This document shows positions 19,545-28,629 of a stretch of 64,000 nucleotides of DNA, one piece after another. Origin of the DNA: Verrucomicrobiia bacterium (GTDB lineage: Bacteria; Verrucomicrobiota; Verrucomicrobiia; Limisphaerales; UBA1319); assembly GCA_963664225.1 (NCBI GenBank), contig OY760937.1, positions 5,719,427 through 5,783,426 of the forward strand. Reading direction: 5' to 3'. The translations under genes were made by a program, and so were the position numbers. The notes under the pieces are model-generated. The model worked only from the letters and a program-made list of their open reading frames with translations, was not told the DNA's origin and did no database searches. How positions within the stretch are numbered: the first letter of the stretch is position 1; the number at the start of each line of letters is the position of its first letter.

Positions 19545-21563
19545 ATGATAACCGATGCGATACGACAATGGTTGCCTGACTGTCTGCGACACGGGCCTTT
19601 AAGGCGCGGGAGTGCTTCGGCCACCGCGCATGAGGATTCCGAGTATCACCATTTCTTTGAAGACGCAGACGACATCATTTTCACGCTGGATTTGCAGGGT
19701 CGCTTCACTTCAATCAACAAGGCGGTGGAGCGCATAACCGGCTATGCCAAAAAGGAGATTCTGTGCCTTGAATTGGGATCGCTGGTGGCCCCTGAACATG
19801 CAGCATTAAACGATGCGTTGTGGCGGAAGCGTCTGGCCGGGGAGAATGTGCCTCCTTTCTGCGTGGAGTTTGCATGCAAAAACGGGGACCGCCGGTCTGT
19901 TGAAATCAGCCATTGGCTGATTCGCAAGAATGGTTTGCCAACGGCGGTTCACGGCATTGCCCGGGATTTCACATATCGCAAACAGTCGGAAGACGCGCTG
20001 AGGAACAGCGAGAAGAGGTTCAAGGATTTGGCGGATCTGCTTCCCCAAACCGTTTACGAATGCGACCTGGAAGGCCGGTTCACATTCATCAATAAAGCCA
20101 GCTTTAAAATGTTCGGCTATTCGCCGGAAGATTTCACTCCGGACCTCAATGTTTTTCAAATGCTCCATCCTGACGAATTGGAGCGGGCCAGGACGAATCT
20201 GAAACTTCTGTTTGAGGGCAAAGGCAGGGAGGGAAATGAATACACCGCAAAACGGAAGGATGGTTCTTATTTCCCAGCGCTCATATTTCCATCGCTTATT
20301 TACCGCGACAACAAGCCGATTGGATTTCGCGGGCTTCTTATCGATCTGACTGAGCAACGAAATCTTGAAGCCCAATTGCGACAATCCCAAAAAATGGAAT
20401 GCATTGGCCAGCTGGCCGCCGGCGTGGCACATGATTTTAACAACATATTGACCATTGTTCATGGGCATGCCAGCACGATGGCCTCCAGGCAAGGTCTGCC
20501 TCCATCCATGGCTGAGTCTCTGGGCCAGATTGTTTCCGCAAGCCGCAGGGCAACGGATTTGATCCGTCAACTGCTGTCGTTCGGCCGCAAGCAGATCATG
20601 AAACCTTCGGCTATGGATCTCAATAAGCTGGCCACAGGCTTGGCCAACTTATTGCCGCGGTTGCTTGGAGAACATATCGCATTGAAGATCGAGTGCGCGC
20701 AACGGCTTCCCATGATCCGCGCAGATATCACAATGATTGAGCAGGTGCTGATGAACCTGGCGGTCAACGCCCGCGATGCCATGCCCTCAGGAGGCCAACT
20801 GTCCATTTCCACTGCGTTGTGCAATTTTGAGACTGATGAGACGCCAGGTCATCCAGAGGCCAGGGCAGGGCGTTTCGTCCGTTTAACTGTGGCAGACAAT
20901 GGATGCGGCATGTCCAAGGCCACGTTGGATCGAATCTTCGAGCCGTTTTTTACCACCAAAGAGTCGGGCAAGGGTTCCGGACTGGGACTGGCAACCGTAT
21001 ATGGAATCGTCAAACAGCATTCTGGCTGGATAGAGGTCAGTAGCGAGATAAACGAAGGAACAACTTTCGACGTGTATTTGCCCGCTTGCATCATTTCCAC
21101 TCAATCGGAACCTGCGCGCGAAGGCGACGCTGAATTCCAAATGATCCGCGGAGCTGGTGAATCCATCCTGGTTGTTGAGGATGAACCGGCCGTTCGGCAG
21201 ATGGTGATCGGACTTTTGCAATCCTGTGGCTATCATGTTTTCGAGGCGATGGATGGTCCGTCGGCTCTCGATATATGGGAACGCGAACGCGGTCGTTTCG
21301 ATCTCCTATTCACTGACATGGTGATGCCCGGCGGAATGTCTGGCAGGGATTTGGCCATCCGTCTCAGATCCATTAACCCGGAATTAAAGGTGGTTTTCAC
21401 GAGCGGCTTCAGCGAGGAACTGCTGAATTTGCCGCCGGGTTGGTTGGGAACGGATCTCTTCATAGCAAAACCTTTCCAACCGGTGTCTCTCTCCCAGGTA
21501 ATTCAAAAAGGCTTGGGAAACAGTCTAAAGACCGCAGTGGTGGCGGCGAATCACCTGAGTTGA
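19545..21563 (+). CDS. Hybrid sensor histidine kinase (2 PAS, HisKA, HATPase, receiver), CckA-like
   Basis: Two PAS repeats, H-box LAAGVAHDFNNIL, N-box NLAVNARDAM, DNGCGM, FEPFFTTK, GSGLGLA, receiver ILVVEDE...LFTDMVMPG...KPF. Confidence 0.93.
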   Translation: MITDAIRQWLPDCLRHGPLRRGSASATAHEDSEYHHFFEDADDIIFTLDLQGRFTSINKAVERITGYAKKEILCLELGSLVAPEHAALNDALWRKRLAGENVPPFCVEFACKNGDRRSVEISHWLIRKNGLPTAVHGIARDFTYRKQSEDALRNSEKRFKDLADLLPQTVYECDLEGRFTFINKASFKMFGYSPEDFTPDLNVFQMLHPDELERARTNLKLLFEGKGREGNEYTAKRKDGSYFPALIFPSLIYRDNKPIGFRGLLIDLTEQRNLEAQLRQSQKMECIGQLAAGVAHDFNNILTIVHGHASTMASRQGLPPSMAESLGQIVSASRRATDLIRQLLSFGRKQIMKPSAMDLNKLATGLANLLPRLLGEHIALKIECAQRLPMIRADITMIEQVLMNLAVNARDAMPSGGQLSISTALCNFETDETPGHPEARAGRFVRLTVADNGCGMSKATLDRIFEPFFTTKESGKGSGLGLATVYGIVKQHSGWIEVSSEINEGTTFDVYLPACIISTQSEPAREGDAEFQMIRGAGESILVVEDEPAVRQMVIGLLQSCGYHVFEAMDGPSALDIWERERGRFDLLFTDMVMPGGMSGRDLAIRLRSINPELKVVFTSGFSEELLNLPPGWLGTDLFIAKPFQPVSLSQVIQKGLGNSLKTAVVAANHLS

Positions 21564-21629
21564 CGCATCCGGGCGCAATTGCTGTTTATATTTACGGTTT
21601 CAAATTGTTGGAATATAATCCTCCCTACG

Positions 21630-23318
21630 ATGCCGGGTCCCATGGTCCATGCGGTTTTACGACGCATTCGTCCTCTAATCAGCGGACGAAATGCGCTGGC
21701 CTTGTTTTCCGGCATACTGCTGGCCTGTGCATTTCCGAATATCGGCATTGCCGGATTGGGATGGGTTGCACCCGGTCTATTGGTTTTGGCGGCATCGGGC
21801 GCTTCCCGGCGGGAGTCTTTTGTTTGTGGGTATCTTTCCGGCCTGTGCTTTTTTTTGATTTCCCTGAACTGGCTGTTGAGCATCCCATTTCCTGCGGGCG
21901 CCATCACAGGATGGCTTTTGCTGAGCGCCTTTTTGGCGCTCTATCCCGCATTGTGGATTAGTTTGTGCATTCAGTGGATGCCAACCGTTCCAGACCAGAC
22001 TTCCCAACGTGAAAGATTCGGACTGTTTCAAAAGGCCATCCAACTGCAAGACTGGCCCAGAAGGGCCTTGTGGGCCATACAGTGCGCGGCAGCCTGGACC
22101 GCATTGGAATTCCTGCGTGGCTGGTTTCTGAGCGGTTTCCCCTGGAATAATCTATCGGCTTCACAATACCAGATCATCCCGCTGATTCAATTGGCCTCAG
22201 TCACCGGCACATCAGGGATTTCATTTCTCATGGTTTGGTGCTCTTGCGCCTTTGTCAGCGCAGTCCTTTTGATCATTGAAACACCACGGCGGTGGGGGCG
22301 GCTGGCGAGCGAACTGGCCGCACCGATGTCGATCTTTGCAGTCGTGTTTTCCATGGGCGTTTCCAAAGTGATGACCCCTGAGACACCGGGCCGCGCTTTA
22401 AAAATCGCGCTCGTTCAGCCCAGCATTCCGCAAACGCTGATCTGGGATTCTCGTGAGACGACCAACCGTTTTCTGAAGCTTATAGAGCTTTCCGAATCCG
22501 CGATGGCCTCCAAACCGGATTTGTTAATCTGGCCGGAAGCCGCAGTCCCAAATTTGTTGCGATATGACATGGATTTGACTTATCCGGCCATAACGAATCT
22601 GGTGCGCAAGCACAACATCTGGCTGGTGTTGGGTGCAGACGACGCCGAACGGGATCAGTCCGCCAAATTCAGAGAGGATTACAATTACTTCAACAGCAGT
22701 TTCCTTGTCAGTCCCATGGGCGAGTTACTTGGGCAATATCGCAAACAACATCTGGTCATGTTTGGCGAATATGTGCCTTTCTCAAAGAAATTTCCGTTCT
22801 TAAAGCGTCTGGCACCCATTGGCGATGGCTTTAGACCGGGGGATCATGCGGTGACTTTCTCCATACCTCCATTGAAGATCAAAACCTCGGTCTTGATCTG
22901 TTTTGAGGATATTTTTCCGGGACTGGCCCGAAAGGCGACCGATGACGATATCGATTTTCTTATAAACCTGACCAACAACGGATGGTTCGGTGAGGGTTTC
23001 GCACAATGGCAACACGCCGCGAGCGCCGTTTTTCGCGCTGTGGAGAACGGACTTCCCCTTGTCCGCTGCGCGAATAATGGCCTGACCTGCTGGGTGGACT
23101 CGTGTGGGCGCCTCCATGAGGTCTATTTTGACCATTCAGCCGACATCTATAAGGCGGGCGTCAAGATTGTGGACCTTCCTTTGCCTCCGCTTGGGATTCA
23201 AAGGACTTCCACGTTTTATCATATTCATGGCGAATGGTTTGCGTGGGGTTGCAGTGCGCTGACGTTGACGAGTCTGGCCCCTTTATTGTTTCAACGAAAA
23301 ACAGCCTTATCGTTATAA
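21630..23318 (+). CDS. lnt: Apolipoprotein N-acyltransferase
   Basis: Multi-TM N-terminus, GFPW, VQPSIPQ, catalytic WPE, YRKQHLVMFGEYVP, LICFE and QH...RAVENG. Start at ATG 21630 (or 21642). Confidence 0.95.
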   Translation: MPGPMVHAVLRRIRPLISGRNALALFSGILLACAFPNIGIAGLGWVAPGLLVLAASGASRRESFVCGYLSGLCFFLISLNWLLSIPFPAGAITGWLLLSAFLALYPALWISLCIQWMPTVPDQTSQRERFGLFQKAIQLQDWPRRALWAIQCAAAWTALEFLRGWFLSGFPWNNLSASQYQIIPLIQLASVTGTSGISFLMVWCSCAFVSAVLLIIETPRRWGRLASELAAPMSIFAVVFSMGVSKVMTPETPGRALKIALVQPSIPQTLIWDSRETTNRFLKLIELSESAMASKPDLLIWPEAAVPNLLRYDMDLTYPAITNLVRKHNIWLVLGADDAERDQSAKFREDYNYFNSSFLVSPMGELLGQYRKQHLVMFGEYVPFSKKFPFLKRLAPIGDGFRPGDHAVTFSIPPLKIKTSVLICFEDIFPGLARKATDDDIDFLINLTNNGWFGEGFAQWQHAASAVFRAVENGLPLVRCANNGLTCWVDSCGRLHEVYFDHSADIYKAGVKIVDLPLPPLGIQRTSTFYHIHGEWFAWGCSALTLTSLAPLLFQRKTALSL

Positions 23319-23499
23319 ATTCGTGGAAAATCCAGCAGACTGGACTCTGTTCAACCTGGTGGTTAAAATTGCGGTTGTTCAATTTTCCCTTTTCTTAAAA
23401 CCGCATAACGGTATTGTGTAAGTATTGAAGTCGTGTGCATTGGCACACCAATAGGGAGCGCCCATTAGGATGCAACCCCGTTAGAAATGGTTAGGATAC

Positions 23500-25290
23500 A
23501 TGGATATCGCGCACATTAGAAATTTTTGCATTATTGCTCATATCGATCACGGCAAAACAACTTTGTCGGATCGACTCCTTTTCCGCACAGGCACCATCAC
23601 TGCGCGAGATATGAAGGAGCAATTACTCGATTCGATGGATCTGGAACAGGAACGCGGCATTACCATCAAGTCCCATCCGGTCACCATGTCCTACACGGCA
23701 AGAAACGGGGAGACGTATGAGCTGAATCTCATCGACACCCCGGGACATGTGGACTTCACCTACGAAGTCTCGCGCAGCCTTAGTGCGTGTGAAGGGGCAT
23801 TGCTCATTATCGATGCGGCGCAGGGAGTTGAGGCTCAGACCGTGGCCAATTTGCATTTGGCCATGAAGCGGAATCTGGAAATCATACCCGTCATCAATAA
23901 AATTGATCTTCCTCACGCCAATGTGGCCCAAACCAAATTACAGTTGGAGGAGATTCTCTCGATACCAGCCGAAAACGCGATCCTCGCCAGCGCGAAGGAA
24001 GGAATTGGCATCGAAGAGATATTGGAGGCAGTGGTGAATCGCATTCCGCCACCAAAACCCACTAACACGGGCAGTCTGCAGGCTCTGGGATTTGACTGCT
24101 TTTTCGACACTTTCAAGGGAGTGGTCAATTTGGTGCGCATTTTCAATGGAGAATTGAAAGCGGGCATGCATATCCAGCTTTACCATTCCAGGAAAACGGT
24201 TGAGGTCAAAGAAGTGGGCAGCTTCAATCCCAAGCCTTACGTGCGGGAAAAGCTCACCGTCGGCGAAACGGGATATTTTACAGCAAACATCAAGAGCCCG
24301 CTGGATGTGAAAATGGGGGATACACTCACAGATCCCCGCAATCCATCGCCACCGCTGGATGGTTTTAAGGAAATCCAGCCAATGGTTTATAGCGGTATTT
24401 ATCCGATTAATACCGCGGATTACGAGCGGCTGAAGACCAGCCTCTCGAAACTGCAGTTGAACGATCCTGCGTTTGTTTATCAGTCCGAGAGTTCAGTCGC
24501 GCTTGGCTTTGGTTTTCGTTGTGGCTTCCTTGGCTTGCTGCATTTGGAAATTGTGCAGGAACGGCTTCGCCGGGAATACAATATGGACATCATCGCCACT
24601 TATCCCAGCGTGGTCTATCGGGTGACCATGACCGGAGGCGATGTCAAAGAGATCGACAATCCGGCATTCATGCCCGAGCCCAATTATATCGAGAAGATTG
24701 AAGAGCCGATGGTCAAAGCATTCGTGATTTGTCCCAACGACAATATCGGCGACATGATGGCGTTAATCTCGGAGAAACGCGGTATCATCGCCCACACGGA
24801 AACATTGGATACGTTGCGTGTAATGCTCACCGCCAGCATTCCATTGAATGAAATCCTGATTGATTTTCATGATCGCATTAAAAGCATGACCCACGGTTAT
24901 GGCTCAATGGATTATGAACTGGATGGCTACAAGGAAGATAACCTGGTGAAGTTGGAAATCCTGGTCAACACCGAGCCTGTCGATGCTTTTTCCTGCATTG
25001 TGCATCGTGAAAAAGCAGAGGGCAGGGGACGTGCCCTCTCAGCTAAACTGAAGGATGTCATTCCACAGCAACAGTTTGTTGTTGCAATTCAGGCGGCCAT
25101 TGGGGGCAAAATCATCGCGCGGGAAACCGTGCGCGCCTACCGAAAAGACGTTACCGCCAAGTGCTACGGCGGCGATGTATCCCGCAAACGCAAATTGCTG
25201 GAGAAACAAAAAGAAGGTAAAAAGCGGATGAAAGCCATTGGATCCGTGGATATTCCACAGGAAGCATTTATTGCGGTCCTTAAGGCATAA
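23500..25290 (+). CDS. lepA: Elongation factor 4
   Basis: IRNFCIIAHIDHGKTTLSDR, DTPGHVDF, LGFGFRCGFLGLLH, KCYGGDVSRKRKLLEKQKEGKKRMK. Confidence 0.99.
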   Translation: MDIAHIRNFCIIAHIDHGKTTLSDRLLFRTGTITARDMKEQLLDSMDLEQERGITIKSHPVTMSYTARNGETYELNLIDTPGHVDFTYEVSRSLSACEGALLIIDAAQGVEAQTVANLHLAMKRNLEIIPVINKIDLPHANVAQTKLQLEEILSIPAENAILASAKEGIGIEEILEAVVNRIPPPKPTNTGSLQALGFDCFFDTFKGVVNLVRIFNGELKAGMHIQLYHSRKTVEVKEVGSFNPKPYVREKLTVGETGYFTANIKSPLDVKMGDTLTDPRNPSPPLDGFKEIQPMVYSGIYPINTADYERLKTSLSKLQLNDPAFVYQSESSVALGFGFRCGFLGLLHLEIVQERLRREYNMDIIATYPSVVYRVTMTGGDVKEIDNPAFMPEPNYIEKIEEPMVKAFVICPNDNIGDMMALISEKRGIIAHTETLDTLRVMLTASIPLNEILIDFHDRIKSMTHGYGSMDYELDGYKEDNLVKLEILVNTEPVDAFSCIVHREKAEGRGRALSAKLKDVIPQQQFVVAIQAAIGGKIIARETVRAYRKDVTAKCYGGDVSRKRKLLEKQKEGKKRMKAIGSVDIPQEAFIAVLKA

Positions 25291-25299
25291 GGTATTGAT

Positions 25300-26475
25300 A
25301 TGACATTGAGGTGGTTCTTTTCCAAAACGGTTCGCCAAACGTCCGAAATGGTTAACCAGGTGCGCAAACTTTTATCCGCACAAATGGATATTCTTTCGCC
25401 TCAAGCCATCAAGAACATCACCGGAGCCTTGGATGATACCCGCAACGCCCTGAAATCTGGGGCTGATACGGAGACTCTGAAAGCGAAGATGGCCGCTCTG
25501 GAGGAGATGGCCAATAAGTGGCTCAAACCGTATCCCAATCCAGCATGGCGCGAGAATGTCGAAGTCATCCTTGTTGCCGTGGCCATTGCATTGAGCATTC
25601 GGACGTTCTTCCTCCAGCCAATGAAGATTCCCACAGGTTCCATGCAACCAACCTTGTATGGAATCACTTACGAGAACCTTAAGGACGAGAAAGATGCAGT
25701 CATCCCCACAGGCGTCAATCGCTGGGTGGACTCCATTTTCAAAGGAACGTCTTATTATCGCTATACCGCCAGTGAGGACGGAGCATTTCGCCTCCTGGAT
25801 GAGAATCCAGTCAATGTGTTGCCGTTAATCACAAAACAACGGTTTTCCGTTGGCAGCCAGATGTTTACTGCGTGGATGCCTGGGGATCAGCTCTTTCGCC
25901 GGGCTGGATTGGTCAACGGCCAGACCTTTCAAAAAGGTGAAGACATTCTCAATATGAAGGTCACCAGTGGCGACCATCTTTTTGTAAACAGAGTGGTGTA
26001 TAACTTTCGGCCACCAAAACGGGGTGAAATCGTCATTTTTGAGACGCGAGGAATCGATAATTTGCCTCAGGACACCTATTACATTAAACGATTGGTGGCC
26101 ATCGGAGGCGATCAGGTTCAAATCGGTGATGATCAACATCTTAGGATCAACGGTACGCGTCTGACCGCAGCAACGCCGCATTTTGAAAATCTCTATACAT
26201 TCGGACCGGATTATAAGGAAAATCACTATTTTGGCCACGTGAACCAAAGCGTTGGAAGTAAATTTGCGCGTGCTGGAACCATGATGGCGCCGAAGTTTCC
26301 GGATGGTAATGCGGAATTGACCGTGAGATCCAATCATTGCCTGGTCATGGGTGACAACACCATGAATAGCTACGACTCACGCTACTGGGGCGATTTTTCA
26401 CAAGAAAACATCATCGGTAGATCGAGCTTTGTGTACTGGCCAATCAGCGTTCGATTTGGATGGGGCCAGCAGTAA
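25300..26475 (+). CDS. lepB: Signal peptidase I (with N-terminal extension)
   Basis: Directly after lepA. IPTGSMQPTL (catalytic Ser), YIKRLVA (Lys), MGDNTMNSYDSRYWG. Confidence 0.95.
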   Translation: MTLRWFFSKTVRQTSEMVNQVRKLLSAQMDILSPQAIKNITGALDDTRNALKSGADTETLKAKMAALEEMANKWLKPYPNPAWRENVEVILVAVAIALSIRTFFLQPMKIPTGSMQPTLYGITYENLKDEKDAVIPTGVNRWVDSIFKGTSYYRYTASEDGAFRLLDENPVNVLPLITKQRFSVGSQMFTAWMPGDQLFRRAGLVNGQTFQKGEDILNMKVTSGDHLFVNRVVYNFRPPKRGEIVIFETRGIDNLPQDTYYIKRLVAIGGDQVQIGDDQHLRINGTRLTAATPHFENLYTFGPDYKENHYFGHVNQSVGSKFARAGTMMAPKFPDGNAELTVRSNHCLVMGDNTMNSYDSRYWGDFSQENIIGRSSFVYWPISVRFGWGQQ

Positions 26476-26508
26476 AGAGCGTATTCGGAAGCAAACAGCA
26501 AACCATGC

Positions 26509-26869
26509 TGCGCATTGATCCATAAATCCGCGCGATTATTGATGTCTGACGTCCAAAAGAGAACAAAAATCCGACCGTGATGGCTTTGACATCCTAACTG
26601 GCATAAATGCGGAGGCTTCCAGCTTAAAGTGACCCGTTGGCATCACTTTGCAGGGTGTCTCCAAGAGCCAGTAAATGGGAAGCCCGCATTGTGCGCGATT
26701 CGTGTATGCCTAAATCCAAAGGACTTGACTTTGCGCGGAATTATCAGTAAATTAAATTACGTTGCGCCTTGATCCATAATTCCGCGCGAATTTTGATGTC
26801 TGATGTCCGAAGGTGAACAAGCAGCCGACCGCGATGGATGTAAATGAGAAGCCCCGCATTTCGCGGGTT
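26509..26869. repeat. Imperfect ~75-bp direct repeat pair plus 12-bp inverted repeat at the left border of the island
   Basis: Copy 1 at 26509-26583 (TGCGCATTGATCCATAAATCCGCGCG...CCGACCGTGATGG) and copy 2 at 26763-26837 (TGCGCCTTGATCCATAATTCCGCGCG...CCGACCGCGATGG). A second shared block, GTAAATG(G/A)GAAGCCC..GCATT, sits at ~26671 and ~26840. Perfect inverted repeat GCGCGGAATTAT (26733-26744) / ATAATTCCGCGC (26776-26787). Confidence 0.85.
26725..26753 (+). promoter_or_regulatory. Putative sigma70 promoter
   Basis: TTGACT-N17-TAAATT. The predicted start site is ~26760, at the beginning of repeat copy 2, and no + strand gene follows. Confidence 0.5.
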
Positions 26870-26900
26870 AATCAAAACTTTCAATGCTGGCCTGCCTTCG

Positions 26901-28517
26901 TCAGGGCTCTGGCTCTGCTAATCGTGCTTCCACAAATTCAGGTTGTGGCTCTGACCTAGGCGAAGCACAATTTGAATCGTTCTCTCTGTCATTTAAATCG
27001 TTAGAAGGTTTTCCACCCTCGTTTGAATTGGCCTTGGGATCTGATCGACGTTCCGCTTTAGGCGCCTTTACAACGGAGGATTGCGGAGCGGTCTCAGCTA
27101 TCTGCGTTTCGATCCTACCCTTACTTGGGTAAAACTCGTTAATAATTTTTCTGACCAAGGGCATCGTTACGGTGGTTTCAGACTGTTTTGCCTCATCGCG
27201 CGCTAGTTTTGCAATGTTTTCAAAGGTCTTGAGGAAGCTCTCGGCCGTGAGCGCACAAAAAGCGATATCGAGTTTATCTGCCGTATCAGCGATTTCAGGC
27301 AAATAAAACTCCACGAGATTAAGGAGGTCGGACTCAGGCAGTTTATCGGGCAGGTCGAACTCCACCCAACGGCCTTTGTGTTGTTGCATCGGATAGTGGG
27401 TCACGCGTTCAAATTTGGTGACGTCGCCGTGAGTTCCATCAAACCAATCTGGCGTAACTGCTATGACGACCGGCAGATTACGGTCGAAGAGTTGTTTCCG
27501 GACCCAATCGAGCCGGGGAGGGGAGGAATCCTTTTTAGGGGAACGCGGAATCAGAAAATGGCCCTCATCGAAGATCAGGAAAAGTCCACTTTGCTTAACT
27601 ACCTCAAAAATTTGCTGCCGTAGATTTTGGTACCCTGAGACGTGCGCTGTATGAATGCCAAGTGCTTCTGCGACCGCGATCAAGAAGCCAAGCATGTCGT
27701 TAGAATCAGGTACAGTTATCAATCTAGCCCTCCCAGGCCACATTAAGGAATATGCTTCGAGACTTTCCGACTTTCCAAATCTGGATCCACCGCGCAACAA
27801 TATCATCATGTTCGTGCGGAAGGCGATGCCGAGTATTCGGAAAACCTGCTTAGTCACGACCGTCATGACGACACGACTCTGTTTGATCTTGTCAGCTCGG
27901 CAGTCCATGAATTTAAGGATGGCCTCAATTGCATTTTCAAAATACCACGGTCCATCGCAGTCCGGCAAATTGCTGTTGCTTTCAAATCCTTGGTCAAAAT
28001 CCAAACATAATGCAGCCAGGTATTCTGGAAGTATTTCTAAGGCGACGTCTCTGCATGCGTTTCGAAAATATTCGAAGTCCATGTGGCTCGTTGCCATTTC
28101 AAGTAGTTCCCGGGGAAACAATGCCCAACTGCTCAGATGATCCATGGAGGCTTGATTATTAAAAAAGACCATTCCGGTGTCCGGATTGACGATCGACGGT
28201 CGCGCCCACTGCGCCATCTCGCTCCAGACTTGCATTCGCTCGTCAACGCCCCAATTCCGCTTGCCAAATTGGCGCATGCTAACAGTGCCGATTCTATCAT
28301 AATAATCCCGAACTAAATCTGCGGAAAGCAATTTCAAACCGCCTGTCTCCATGGACATCCCTTGTATAGACCAGAGCAATTCAAGCAGACGCGGATTCGC
28401 CTGCATCTGCCTGTACAATTTTGGAGACTTGTAAGATCTTATCGCAGCAACTTTTTGGGCTAATTGTAATGGGTCGATGCTTGTGGCGACTGCAGTCTCT
28501 ATCAGTAGATTTCGCAT
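26901..28517 (-). CDS. AAA+ transposition ATPase (MuB/TnsC-like) with long N-terminal extension
   Basis: Walker A GGSRFGKS, Walker B LIFDEGH, RLDWVR. Lies immediately downstream of the transposase. Confidence 0.8.
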   Translation of the reverse strand: MRNLLIETAVATSIDPLQLAQKVAAIRSYKSPKLYRQMQANPRLLELLWSIQGMSMETGGLKLLSADLVRDYYDRIGTVSMRQFGKRNWGVDERMQVWSEMAQWARPSIVNPDTGMVFFNNQASMDHLSSWALFPRELLEMATSHMDFEYFRNACRDVALEILPEYLAALCLDFDQGFESNSNLPDCDGPWYFENAIEAILKFMDCRADKIKQSRVVMTVVTKQVFRILGIAFRTNMMILLRGGSRFGKSESLEAYSLMWPGRARLITVPDSNDMLGFLIAVAEALGIHTAHVSGYQNLRQQIFEVVKQSGLFLIFDEGHFLIPRSPKKDSSPPRLDWVRKQLFDRNLPVVIAVTPDWFDGTHGDVTKFERVTHYPMQQHKGRWVEFDLPDKLPESDLLNLVEFYLPEIADTADKLDIAFCALTAESFLKTFENIAKLARDEAKQSETTVTMPLVRKIINEFYPSKGRIETQIAETAPQSSVVKAPKAERRSDPKANSNEGGKPSNDLNDRENDSNCASPRSEPQPEFVEARLAEPEP

Positions 28518-28629
28518 ACACCCAATCTTTAACGGGACGATTCACTCAAACTATTATTTCCGAAGTGGCATTAGAAGGTAACGATCGGGATAGATAGAAC
28601 CTGTCAAACTGCAGATCGTTTGTGGTTCC

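Noticed and set aside
26509..26869. Possible CRISPR array / CAST guide locus next to the transposase
   Set aside because: Only two diverged ~75-bp copies, no regular repeat-spacer period, and no cas or tniQ gene in the window.
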